A stretch of 43,386 bases of DNA from a virus (taxonomy: Duplodnaviria > Caudoviricetes): IMG/VR virus record IMGVR_UViG_3300047202_000076, positions 1 through 43,386 of that record, one strand, 5' to 3'. The translations under genes and the position numbers were made by a program. The notes beneath the pieces were generated by a model, which had not been told where the DNA came from, searched no databases, and saw only the letters and a program-made list of their open reading frames with translations. Of the stretch, positions 26,041 to 36,022 are shown piece by piece (position 1 is the first letter of the stretch; every line of letters begins with the position of its first letter).

Positions 26041-27540
26041 TTGGCTCAATTACCAGGAGAAATTCAATATACTGAAGCAACACCATCCGGTCGGGGGCCG
26101 AACGTGCCTTTGCGTATAGATGTTTCTACAGGTGCAGAATACATAGCAAGAGGTATGGAGCAACTTGGACAAGGATTTTTGAAGGTTGCAGAAGCCAAGA
26201 GAGCGATAGATTTTTCTACGAAAAAACGTGAATTCGAGCAAAAAAGTTTTGCTTTTGTTAATACTCATAAAACCACAGGCGACCCTGAAGCACGGAAAGC
26301 ATTAGAGGAACAATGGAGTAAAGATGTTGATTCAATCTTGACGTCTGATAACCCCTTTCTTAATGTTGAACTTACGAAATACAAGAATGAGGTTATGCCG
26401 CAGTGGGGACAGATTGTTGCCAATCAAAATCTGGCTGTCGAGGCACAACAAAATAAGGATGCTTTTGAAACCAATCTGCAACACTTGAAAGAGACGGGGG
26501 CGGTTGAGGAGGCAAGGAAACAGATTTGGAATTTTCAGAAAACGACCAACCAGATTTCAGAGGCGCAATCCGCTCAAATGGATAAAGATATGCCTATTGA
26601 TTGTATTTTGGCTCAATCAAGAATAGACATAGGCAATAACAGGCCACAAGAGGCAATAAATAAACTTGCAAATCCTGAATTTCGCAAAGGTCTTTCGGGT
26701 GAGCAGCTTGATTACGCAGATAAGTTGCAGCGAATGGCGGAACAGCAATCGGCAATCAATACAGACCAGATACAAAATGAGATTGTTTTTGGAATGTTTG
26801 AGAATAGGGATAAAACTCTGGTTGAAAAAGGAAATCTCGGTCAGCAATATATCACTAAATTAAAGACAATATCAGGTCTTTCTTCTGAAGATGCAAGGGT
26901 AATGACTAACCGGGTGGAAGGTTGGATGGCAGGCAAAGAAAGGGTCAATGATTCTCTTGTCTATACGAATTTATTTAGAGATGTAACCCAACTTCACAGG
27001 GGAATAGGGCAGGCCGATGAAATCAGGAAAAAGATTGTAAATGAGTTCCCGAACCTTGACGACCAACATTTTGAATCACTTAATAAGTATCTTGATGAGA
27101 CGGTTGAGGAGTGGAACGCCGATACTTTAAGCAGGCTTGAAAAAGAATCCAAGATACATTTAGCCCCGAATCTTTCAATGCTCGAAAAATTTATGGAGAT
27201 GCCTGCCGGCGAGCAAATCAAGAATAAGAGTCTGATAGACAGGTTGCAAGAACCGGCTAAAATAGATGCCAACAGGTTGGCTCTTTATCTTGACAGATGC
27301 CGCAAATGGATTGCTGCAAATCCTAAAGCTCCTGATTTATACGAAAACGGCAGGCGTATTATGGCACAGTTTGAAAGATATACAGATGTCCAAATCAGGC
27401 AAATGGAGAAGCAACTGGAATCAGGGACGTTGACCGAGATTAAACAGAAAGACCAATTTGGTTTTGAGATGGGTGAAACGAGAGATAAAGATGGTAAAAA
27501 TTACAAGTATATTGGAAACAATCAGTGGCAGAGATTTTAA
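26041..27540 (+). CDS. Internal virion (ejection) protein, medium
   Basis: 499-aa helical protein; position. Confidence 0.7.
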   Translation: MAQLPGEIQYTEATPSGRGPNVPLRIDVSTGAEYIARGMEQLGQGFLKVAEAKRAIDFSTKKREFEQKSFAFVNTHKTTGDPEARKALEEQWSKDVDSILTSDNPFLNVELTKYKNEVMPQWGQIVANQNLAVEAQQNKDAFETNLQHLKETGAVEEARKQIWNFQKTTNQISEAQSAQMDKDMPIDCILAQSRIDIGNNRPQEAINKLANPEFRKGLSGEQLDYADKLQRMAEQQSAINTDQIQNEIVFGMFENRDKTLVEKGNLGQQYITKLKTISGLSSEDARVMTNRVEGWMAGKERVNDSLVYTNLFRDVTQLHRGIGQADEIRKKIVNEFPNLDDQHFESLNKYLDETVEEWNADTLSRLEKESKIHLAPNLSMLEKFMEMPAGEQIKNKSLIDRLQEPAKIDANRLALYLDRCRKWIAANPKAPDLYENGRRIMAQFERYTDVQIRQMEKQLESGTLTEIKQKDQFGFEMGETRDKDGKNYKYIGNNQWQRF

Positions 27541-30500
27541 CAACAAAAGAATTGATGGGTAAAGATCCGAATACTTTTTCAACAGAGGAGTTATTTGCCG
27601 AAAAACCACAACCGCAATTTTTGGATAATCCAGCAGAATCACAGTTAAAGGCAAAGAACAATCTTGATACCGCAGTTGAAAATAATGTTCCTCTTGATGT
27701 TGTTGACAGTGGATTATTCGATGTAATAAGAAACGCTTCTGAAGACCCGTTCACAACGAAACTTTCCCCGCCGCTTATGCTTATTGGCGTCCCGCCATTT
27801 GAAACGGAATCATCCCAGGCGGTATTGAGAGCTATAACGACAAATCCTGTTAGTCGTTTGGTATGGAAGGGAATCGGTGCGATTGGTTGGCCTTTCGCAA
27901 GGGCGGAAAACCTTATGGCAAATCTGATGACACCAGTATCGAAGGAAAGTGCCAGGAGGGCGTCTTTGACAGTACAGTATATTATGACCAAAGCCAATGG
28001 ATTAGAACCGACAGAGGAGCAAAAAGAAGCTGTAGAAATGCAGCATTTTTTCCAATATGTCAGAGAGCACGCTATTCCTGCTTATGTAGAAGGTGCAAAA
28101 GCCGTTGTTCCTGCCGTAAAAGCCCTTAATCCCTGGAGTAAAGTCCCCCAAAAAGACCTAAAAGATTTCACGGATTTTTACAGAGGTTACTGGCAGGGTT
28201 GGATGAACGATGAGCCACCGCCAGAATGGTTGGCTCAGCCAGTTGGTATTGCAACGTCTTTTGTCGTTACTCCTTACGTTGTCGGCAAGGCATTTCGTTT
28301 GGCAGGCAAATTGGGGAAGGCAACACCAGTTTACAAAGCCATTCAAGAATATAGGATACCGGAATATCAAGCAGCGAAAGGATTGACCCGTCTTGAAACT
28401 GGTGCAAAGATTTACGATGCAGAACAACTTGGCAAGACAATACACCAAAAAGACCTTACGGAGATAACCAAGCAAATAAGCGAAAAGATTGGTAAGCCAA
28501 TAAACGAATCTGCCGTTCAAAAACGTATAATCCAGATTATCAAAGGTGGAATCACAGAACAACCAGCACTTCAAGCAAAAGCAAGCCCGATTATAGATGA
28601 GTTTAAGGCAAACGCTAAAATCCTGAAAGAATATGGAATTTTAAGTGATTATACTTACACGACAAAAATGACCAAGGTGCAGGTTGCTAAAATCAATAAA
28701 GGAATTGAGGTCGCTGAAAAACAACTTACTCACTTACAAACTGAAGTGCCACATAAAGAAATTTTAACGAAATTAACAGGGGGATTGAAAGTATCAGGTC
28801 AGGAAAAAATAATAAATGACCTTATTGCTCTCGGTGAAAAAGTTGATGAGCCGGAAAAGTTCGTAAATCGTTTAGCACAGGTTCTTAATATCAAAACTAC
28901 TCAACCAGCAAAACTGCTTGATTGGGCAGTAAGATTTGAAAAAGCGGGATTAAAAGAGAAAGGGAAAATAGTAGATGAAATTCTTGATGTGGCCGAAAGA
29001 GTTGAGGGACAAAAAATCACAGGGCTTCGACCACTGATTAAAAAAATTGCCTCTATGAAATATCAATTTCCTGGTAAAGCGGAAAAAATCAGGGAATTGG
29101 AAGATTCTATTGCAACGAATTTAGACCGGCTTTACACGAATGAGATTTACGGCGGTACTAATTATTTTCCCCGAATGTATCTGACCAAAGAGGCGGAGCA
29201 GGCGGCAAAGAGATTTCCTTTCTGGTCGAGGGGCAGGATTCGTGCGCCTTATGCGAAAGCAAGGGAGAAAATACCTGCCGAAGTCCGCAAGAAGATGGGA
29301 GAGATTCTTACGGAGTATCCTGTTGTAAAGAGGATGATTCAGGAAGGAATCGATATTGAAACTGCCAAACTATACAGGCAGATAAATCAAACGCCTGAAT
29401 GGACAAGTCGTGTCGCCGCCGATGGTTTCAAGATGATGCCGGAAGATAAGGCGTATGGGGAATTGGCGGGCAAATTCGTAAAGAATGTTATCTACGGTGA
29501 TATAAAAGATATGCACCGAATCAAAGGCAACATCGAAGTTATTTACGATACTGCTATCGGCTCTTGGAAGGCTGCCGTAACCGTCTGGTCGCCATCGGTT
29601 CATTTCCGCAATATATACAGCAACAGTATTCTGCTCGATTTGAGCGGAGTTGACCACGCAGAGCAGGCAAAACTTCTCGTCCAGGCAATAAAAGAAATCA
29701 GCAATAACAGTGATGATTACCAACAGGCAAAACGATATTTGACAAGAGGCGCTTTTTCGCAGGCGGAATTATTAGATGATTTACTTGCGGGAACAAAGGT
29801 GGCGGAAGGGACAGGACTTCAAAAGAGTATAAATTTCGCGGCAGGATTGAGTAAAAAAATATCTTCTGTTCCATCGGACATATACGGGAAAGAGGAGTTC
29901 ACTGGTAAATTTGTGAAGTTTCTTTCCGAAAGAAACAAAGGTAAATCCGTGATAGAGGCTGTTCAGCAGGCAAATAAGTATCTTTTTGATTACGGAGATT
30001 TATCTGCATTTGAAAAGAATGTTGCTCGCAGGATTATGCCATTTTACACCTTTCCCCGCAAAGCAATTCCCAATGTAATGGAGGCAATGGAAAAAAATCC
30101 TTATGGAGTTGCGAAGTATGCTATGCTTCACTGGGCAATGGAAAAGTATTCTTTGCATAAATTACAATTAACCGAAAATGATTATGCAGAAATTAAAAAG
30201 ACAATGCCCGATTATATGAAAAACGGCAGTTATATGCTTATGCCTTATCGAGACCAGAATAATGATTTAAGATTCTTTGACATTACATATATTTTGCCCT
30301 GGGGACAAATTTCTGATTTTCAGCAAAGGGGAGTGTTGAATGTCATCGCATCAAATCCGATGCTCCAAGTGGTAGGTGATATTCAAAGAAACAAAGACAG
30401 TTTTATGGGCAAAAAAATATGGGAAGACACTGATACAGACGAGGAAAAGTTTGCCAAACGGGTTTTGCATTTTTGGCAGTCGGCAGCACCTTTGCCTTCC

Positions 30501-30878
30501 TGGTTTCCGGGTGGGATATATTACGATAAAATATACGAAGCCGTAACAGGAAAACCGTCGAAGAAATGGGACATTCTGCTTGATAAAAAACCGTCTCTGC
30601 TTGAAACTTTGCTGCATACATTGGGAGGAATACGTTTACAACCACTTGACGTAGAAAAACAGGAAATGTTTTACTGGCAGGACAAACAGGAAAAACTCAT
30701 AGAATTGGAAAAGAAATTAAGTGATTCCTTTATACAAAGTTCAGCAGGGAATATCACGCCGGAACAGTTGCAGCAGGTACGAGACCAGTACATACAACAA
30801 ATGATTGATTTAGTAAGCGACCCCGAAGAAGAAACTGAACCTGCTTCTACAGTAAAACCACCGAAAGGATTTGAATAA
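27525..30878 (+). CDS. Large internal virion (ejection) protein
   Basis: 1117 aa; PSVHFRN, YLFDYGDLSAFEK...IMPFYTF, YILPWG. Confidence 0.8.
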   Translation: MAEILTTKELMGKDPNTFSTEELFAEKPQPQFLDNPAESQLKAKNNLDTAVENNVPLDVVDSGLFDVIRNASEDPFTTKLSPPLMLIGVPPFETESSQAVLRAITTNPVSRLVWKGIGAIGWPFARAENLMANLMTPVSKESARRASLTVQYIMTKANGLEPTEEQKEAVEMQHFFQYVREHAIPAYVEGAKAVVPAVKALNPWSKVPQKDLKDFTDFYRGYWQGWMNDEPPPEWLAQPVGIATSFVVTPYVVGKAFRLAGKLGKATPVYKAIQEYRIPEYQAAKGLTRLETGAKIYDAEQLGKTIHQKDLTEITKQISEKIGKPINESAVQKRIIQIIKGGITEQPALQAKASPIIDEFKANAKILKEYGILSDYTYTTKMTKVQVAKINKGIEVAEKQLTHLQTEVPHKEILTKLTGGLKVSGQEKIINDLIALGEKVDEPEKFVNRLAQVLNIKTTQPAKLLDWAVRFEKAGLKEKGKIVDEILDVAERVEGQKITGLRPLIKKIASMKYQFPGKAEKIRELEDSIATNLDRLYTNEIYGGTNYFPRMYLTKEAEQAAKRFPFWSRGRIRAPYAKAREKIPAEVRKKMGEILTEYPVVKRMIQEGIDIETAKLYRQINQTPEWTSRVAADGFKMMPEDKAYGELAGKFVKNVIYGDIKDMHRIKGNIEVIYDTAIGSWKAAVTVWSPSVHFRNIYSNSILLDLSGVDHAEQAKLLVQAIKEISNNSDDYQQAKRYLTRGAFSQAELLDDLLAGTKVAEGTGLQKSINFAAGLSKKISSVPSDIYGKEEFTGKFVKFLSERNKGKSVIEAVQQANKYLFDYGDLSAFEKNVARRIMPFYTFPRKAIPNVMEAMEKNPYGVAKYAMLHWAMEKYSLHKLQLTENDYAEIKKTMPDYMKNGSYMLMPYRDQNNDLRFFDITYILPWGQISDFQQRGVLNVIASNPMLQVVGDIQRNKDSFMGKKIWEDTDTDEEKFAKRVLHFWQSAAPLPSWFPGGIYYDKIYEAVTGKPSKKWDILLDKKPSLLETLLHTLGGIRLQPLDVEKQEMFYWQDKQEKLIELEKKLSDSFIQSSAGNITPEQLQQVRDQYIQQMIDLVSDPEEETEPASTVKPPKGFE

Positions 30879-31097
30879 ATGTTAATCGCGGCTATTCCCA
30901 TTCCGGCTTCCGGCATTGCAACGGATTTATTTGCTTTACGCAGGGGAGAAGATTATTATTATGAAATAATCAAGGAAGGTAATGTTGCGGGTGATGACGA
31001 TAACTGGGCTTTGAAGGTAGAAGGAAACAATCTGGCGTTTTTCTATAAAGAAGGTACTTGGAAAAGAGGCGGTATAGATATGGAAAGGCCACAATAA
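30879..31097 (+). CDS. Small tail-associated hypothetical protein
   Basis: 72 aa; TAATG-coupled to the next gene. Confidence 0.6.
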   Translation: MLIAAIPIPASGIATDLFALRRGEDYYYEIIKEGNVAGDDDNWALKVEGNNLAFFYKEGTWKRGGIDMERPQ

Positions 31098-32149
31098 TGA
31101 AAAAGATTATATTTTTAATTGTATTGTCGTTAGTTTGTTCGGCAAACGCTTATGTTTATTCTGACCTTGACCCGAATCATAGTGGACTATCTTTGGGTGA
31201 GCCGGACGACCCTAACCATTACTGGCGTGCGGCTATATCAAGGATATGGAATCTGACTACAGATGGTTATGTTAGGGTATCGGATAATAATGGTGTGCTG
31301 GGGGTTGATGGTAATTCACTTTCTCCTAGCTCTCACAGTCATAATTACGGTGATATAAACGAGACTACGTCCGCAAACTGGCAAACAAGGGTATCCGATG
31401 AAAGCGGTACGGGCGTATGGATATTCGTGAATATTTCGACTTTGGGCAAGAATGATACTATCAAGTGGACTGGCTCGGGATGGCGGGACGCCAACAGCAC
31501 GGACACTTATACATTCAGCATCGCTACTTTTTCGGACAGCATTTCAGCAACGCAGGAAATTGGCTCTGGCACTTGGAAGGCAATCGGGGCATTGACTTTT
31601 ACCGCCACTTATAATAACGGGCCTCCTGATGCCACGCCTTACGTGGCTAAATCGACATCGGGCGGGACTAATACGTGGGCAAGTAATCTCAATATGACTA
31701 CATCACCGGCATTTGAAGGGCCTACGACCAATACTATAATCGTTACTCATCGAACCAGTGTAGGCACGATAACTTTTACGTTGTATGCCCAATCAGGTAC
31801 GGAAACAAGCAATACCGTCGAAACGGTTACTTTCTATAATAAACGCCATTGGGGAGTAACCACAGAGGCAAGTGGATGGGACAGTAGCGATATAGGTAAC
31901 CTCGCAAGTAACGAATTGTCCAACAGCAAGGCAAAGACCTTTACCGTTACGGCGGGGGCAGGGGAATATATACTCTATGCCTATCCCTCACGGCTTGGAA
32001 CTGCCACTTTTACCGTTGGTGGATTTGAAGGCGGTTTTGAAAGTCCGGCAACGGTATCAAGAACAAACGATTCGGGATTCGTGGAAAACTACTACGTTTA
32101 CAGAAGCACTAATGCTAACTTGGGAGCGACCACGGTCGTTGCTCAATAA
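31097..32149 (+). CDS. Thr/Ser-rich putative tail protein with Sec-type signal peptide
   Basis: MKKIIFLIVLSLVCSANA (A-x-A site); C-terminal AGEYILYAYP...VGGFEGGF...YYVYRS. Confidence 0.8.
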   Translation: MKKIIFLIVLSLVCSANAYVYSDLDPNHSGLSLGEPDDPNHYWRAAISRIWNLTTDGYVRVSDNNGVLGVDGNSLSPSSHSHNYGDINETTSANWQTRVSDESGTGVWIFVNISTLGKNDTIKWTGSGWRDANSTDTYTFSIATFSDSISATQEIGSGTWKAIGALTFTATYNNGPPDATPYVAKSTSGGTNTWASNLNMTTSPAFEGPTTNTIIVTHRTSVGTITFTLYAQSGTETSNTVETVTFYNKRHWGVTTEASGWDSSDIGNLASNELSNSKAKTFTVTAGAGEYILYAYPSRLGTATFTVGGFEGGFESPATVSRTNDSGFVENYYVYRSTNANLGATTVVAQ

Positions 32150-32166
32150 ATGAAAAGGAAACTAAA

Positions 32167-34803
32167 ATGAAAAAATTGATTATGTTTTTAGTATTGATTA
32201 TTGTTTCTCTGGCTGTTAGTCAAATTGTAATCATAGATGATTTAGCGCCGAAGAATAATGCCTTTACCGTCATAGCGGATATTAATCGTGTCGGAAATAA
32301 TACTACGGATTTAAGTGCTGATGCAGACAACGACCGATTGCTTGATATGGCTTTTGGCGGTACGGACACAAATTTATCTGACCCCGCAGACGACAGGATT
32401 CTTTTCTGGGATGATTCGGCAGGGATAATGGCATGGCTTGACCCTAACAATCTTCTTTCGATAACGGGACTCTATCTTGACGTCAGCGAGGATTTGCACC
32501 AATATACCTGGACGAATGTAACCGCCGCTGATTTGGGTGTTGGCTCTATAACTGAAGCATACGACAACGACCTCAATGACATTGCAGCCCTGACTCCTTA
32601 TGATTCCAATATCCTCGTAGGCAACGGCACGGATTGGGTTGTCGAAGGCGGAAATGTGATGAGGGCTTCTTTGGGTCTTGCTATAGGCACTGATGTTCAG
32701 GCGTACAATGAGTATCTTACTGGTATAGACCAGAATTTAGCAACAACATACCATCCGTCTTTTGCTTATGCAAATATCACGAACGAGGCAAACGGTTACC
32801 AAGTCGATGGAATAAGGGTATTGACGCTCAAAGGCACTTCTCCAAGTGAAAATATATTTTTGGGACAAGCAGGCAATTTTACGATGACTGGACTTTCTAA
32901 TATATTTACTGGATACGATTCAGGGAAATTTAATACAACTGGAAGTTTTAATTTTGGACTTGGTTTTCAAACTCTAAAAAATAACACAATAGGAGAATAT
33001 AATACTGCACTTGGAATTAAGAGTCTCGAAAATAACATAGATGGTTCTTATAATTTTGGACTTGGATATTATGCGTTAGGTATAAATACTTCTGGAAGTT
33101 GGAATATAGCCATCGGAGATTATTCTCTTTTTTGTAATGTTGAGGGCAATGATAATGTGGCTATTGGTGGGTCATCCTTATTAAATTCTATAGGGAACGA
33201 GAATACGGCTATTGGTGTATTTGCAGGGAATTTTTTGACTACAGGTGAGAAAAATGTTTTTATCGGATTTAATGCCGGTAAAAATCAAACTACAAACAGC
33301 AATCATCTTATTATAGACAATCAAGATAGGGGTTCGGAAGCGAATGAAATAATAAACTCGCTAATATATGGGGTTTTTGATGCTGACCCGAATAACCAAA
33401 AAGTAAGATTTAATGCTGATGTCAATGCCACGTCTTTCACGATAGGTGCGAATACTCTCACAACTTCGGAGTTCGCTTACCTTGACGGCATAGACCAGAA
33501 TTTAGCAACTACGGCAACGGTGGCTCATGCGGAAGTAGATATAGGTCAGGTGGGCAGTGATTCAGCCACAAAACTTGCCATAGGCAATACTGCCGCATCG
33601 ACAAATGTTTTTCCCGCGATGGTGGAAATATATACAACTCCGGCCAGTCCTTTATCAGATAGTCTTTATTCTCTTTTGCACGGAGAAGCGTCTCATGCGG
33701 TAAGTGCAACATCACCCCAATATTCTACGGCGGGAATGTTTTATCAGACTTCTTCTGGCGATATTAAAAATATGGCTACGGCAAATATGATTAGTTTTTA
33801 CAATGCTCTATATGGTAAAACGGCGACTGCATTTACCAATACCAAAACTTCACCTATAGGATTCAAGCACGCATATTCTATTGGATTAAACTTTTTGGCA
33901 TATAATGCGGCTGATTGGACACCTGCCGGGGGTTCAGTAAATAATACAATATACACAAGAGGAGTTTCAGTTCAATCCTATCTTGGTTATGTAACTTATA
34001 CAATATCAGGGGCAAAGTCGGCAGGAGTTAGTGCCGGTGTTTATTCGGGTTCCACATTAGCCGGTACTTATGACGGCGCTGCTGTAGGTTTGAACTATGG
34101 CGGATATTTTTCTACGACAGATTCGCTCAGTGCCAATTCCACGAGTGATGTCAATTCATTTGGTCTCCTTGTCTTCCCGTGCGGTTCTTCTGTTAAATCA
34201 GGACTCAAAACGGTTACTTTGAATGCCGGCGGCAGCGGTTATGCATTCGGCGAAACGCCGACTATTACGCAGGGAGGGGCTTCAAACGGCACAGTTTGCG
34301 TCGATACCGTTGATGGCGGTGGTGCTATATTAACATTTCACATAAACACTTATGGTACTGCATATTCAGTAGCCGATGGATTGGCAACAACTGGCGGCAA
34401 TGGTAGTGGTTTCAAAGTGAATATAACCGCTGTAGGCGATTCTATCGTAACAAGTTATGGTCTTGGTGTGGAAACTGCCGGAGTGAAAAGTTACTTCAAA
34501 GGCAATTTACAGGTCAACGGCTCGTTCAACTTCGCCGCCGATGCGGGAGCCAGTGATACTTATGTAATCACTTTGAGTCCTGCCCCTGCGGCTTATACGA
34601 ATGGAATGATGATTATATTCGACCCAAACACTGCCAACACGGGCGCTTGCACGTTGAATGTAAATGCTCTTGGTGCTAAATCCTTAAAAGCATATCACGA
34701 TAAAGACCCAAATGATAATTATATCGAGGCTCACTATCAGATAATGTGTACTTATAGTTTGAGTGAAGATGTTTTCCAGATACAAACGCCTTCGGCGAAT
34801 TAA
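32167..34803 (+). CDS. Tail fibre-like protein with signal peptide
   Basis: MKKLIMFLVLIIVSLAVSQ; LGLAIGTDVQAY, NxAIG repeats, GGSGY motif, terminal ANTGACTLNVNALGAK domain. Confidence 0.85.
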   Translation: MKKLIMFLVLIIVSLAVSQIVIIDDLAPKNNAFTVIADINRVGNNTTDLSADADNDRLLDMAFGGTDTNLSDPADDRILFWDDSAGIMAWLDPNNLLSITGLYLDVSEDLHQYTWTNVTAADLGVGSITEAYDNDLNDIAALTPYDSNILVGNGTDWVVEGGNVMRASLGLAIGTDVQAYNEYLTGIDQNLATTYHPSFAYANITNEANGYQVDGIRVLTLKGTSPSENIFLGQAGNFTMTGLSNIFTGYDSGKFNTTGSFNFGLGFQTLKNNTIGEYNTALGIKSLENNIDGSYNFGLGYYALGINTSGSWNIAIGDYSLFCNVEGNDNVAIGGSSLLNSIGNENTAIGVFAGNFLTTGEKNVFIGFNAGKNQTTNSNHLIIDNQDRGSEANEIINSLIYGVFDADPNNQKVRFNADVNATSFTIGANTLTTSEFAYLDGIDQNLATTATVAHAEVDIGQVGSDSATKLAIGNTAASTNVFPAMVEIYTTPASPLSDSLYSLLHGEASHAVSATSPQYSTAGMFYQTSSGDIKNMATANMISFYNALYGKTATAFTNTKTSPIGFKHAYSIGLNFLAYNAADWTPAGGSVNNTIYTRGVSVQSYLGYVTYTISGAKSAGVSAGVYSGSTLAGTYDGAAVGLNYGGYFSTTDSLSANSTSDVNSFGLLVFPCGSSVKSGLKTVTLNAGGSGYAFGETPTITQGGASNGTVCVDTVDGGGAILTFHINTYGTAYSVADGLATTGGNGSGFKVNITAVGDSIVTSYGLGVETAGVKSYFKGNLQVNGSFNFAADAGASDTYVITLSPAPAAYTNGMMIIFDPNTANTGACTLNVNALGAKSLKAYHDKDPNDNYIEAHYQIMCTYSLSEDVFQIQTPSAN

Positions 34804-34814
34804 AGGAACAAACT

Positions 34815-35078
34815 ATGGACGAACAAGAAATCTACAATAGAATATGTGAACCCGCTTTTAGAGAATTGAAAAAGGATGTTAAAATAATTTTAACTGTTCT
34901 TAAAGGGGAAAATGGTGATGAAATAGGATTGTGTGAGAGACTTAGGATTGTCGAAGGTGAGCATAAGAAAGTCAAAAAGGCGATAAGTAAAGGTATTTGG
35001 ATTCTTGTCGGAGTCCTGCTTCTAAATAATGCCCCTGCCCTCTGTGGTTGGTTGGCAAGGATTTTAACGGTAAAATGA
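34815..35078 (+). CDS. Small membrane protein (holin-like candidate)
   Basis: C-terminal hydrophobic helix; follows the fibre gene. Confidence 0.6.
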   Translation: MDEQEIYNRICEPAFRELKKDVKIILTVLKGENGDEIGLCERLRIVEGEHKKVKKAISKGIWILVGVLLLNNAPALCGWLARILTVK

Positions 35079-35287
35079 GAAAATTTGCGCCGGCAGATAC
35101 AATCAAGTGGGTTACGCAAGACGATTATAAATGGAAATGTTCTATTTGTGGTAAACCAAGTTTTGTAGATTTATTGGAAAAAGGTGAAAAATTAGGAAAT
35201 AGATTCCCTTGTTTTGAGCATTATAGTATAATGTTACTTAATGAGAAAAATATCATTAACGCAGGGAAAATCCGCCATAGTAGATGA
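35075..35287 (+). CDS. Hypothetical protein (CxxC...CxxH)
   Basis: ATGA overlap; CSICGK, CFEH. Confidence 0.5.
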   Translation: MRKFAPADTIKWVTQDDYKWKCSICGKPSFVDLLEKGEKLGNRFPCFEHYSIMLLNEKNIINAGKIRHSR

Positions 35288-35726
35288 TGGTGATTTTGAA
35301 TGGTTAAATCAACATAAATGGTTTGCTCGGAAAGAAGCAAGGGGAACTCAATACAATGCTGCTCGAAACTCACATGGCAAAAAACGACATACAATACTTA
35401 TGCACCGATTTATTATGAACGCCCAAAAAGGGGAACAAATTGACCATAAGAATCATAATGCTCTTGATAACCACAGAAACAATTTAAGATTTTGTACTCC
35501 CTCACAAAATGCACAAAACCGAAAAATTCAACGAAACAAAAAGTCAAGTCGTTATAAAGGTGTATCTTGGGTAAATAGAGATAGATGTTGGGTAGCGGCA
35601 ATTAAAATCAATCAGAAAACTATTTTCATAGGAAAATTTCACAACGAAATTAAAGCTGCTAAAGCATACGATAAAAAAGCCAGAGAATTATTTAGAGAAT
35701 TTTCTTATGTTAATTTCAAAAAATGA
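35241..35726 (+). CDS. HNH-AP2 homing endonuclease
   Basis: MHRFIM, IDHKNHNALDNHRNNLR, SRYKGVSW, AAKAYD. Confidence 0.92.
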   Translation: MRKISLTQGKSAIVDDGDFEWLNQHKWFARKEARGTQYNAARNSHGKKRHTILMHRFIMNAQKGEQIDHKNHNALDNHRNNLRFCTPSQNAQNRKIQRNKKSSRYKGVSWVNRDRCWVAAIKINQKTIFIGKFHNEIKAAKAYDKKARELFREFSYVNFKK

Positions 35727-35759
35727 ACACTTGGCGGATGATTTATTGAAGAAGAAAGA

Positions 35760-35963
35760 TTAAGGAAATAATGCTCGTTGTCCTTGTCTTGCCTCTTTGA
35801 CTGGCACACCGGTATCAAAACTATCGAATTGTTCTTTTGTATAACGATGATATAAACCATTTACGAAAACTAATCGGAAATTCCAATAAGGACAAAAATC
35901 ATCTTTGCATTGTTCAGCAATCTTTCTTTTGCAATTCATCAAACAAAATGCAGGTAACTTCAT
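35760..35963 (-). CDS. Hypothetical Cys-rich protein
   Basis: AAGGAG RBS, 67 aa. Confidence 0.7.
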   Translation of the reverse strand: MKLPAFCLMNCKRKIAEQCKDDFCPYWNFRLVFVNGLYHRYTKEQFDSFDTGVPVKEARQGQRALFP

Positions 35964-36022
35964 TTTTGCTCCTTAATAAAAGAAAATCAGGCAATCTTCT
36001 CGAAAATTAAAACATCTCCTAT

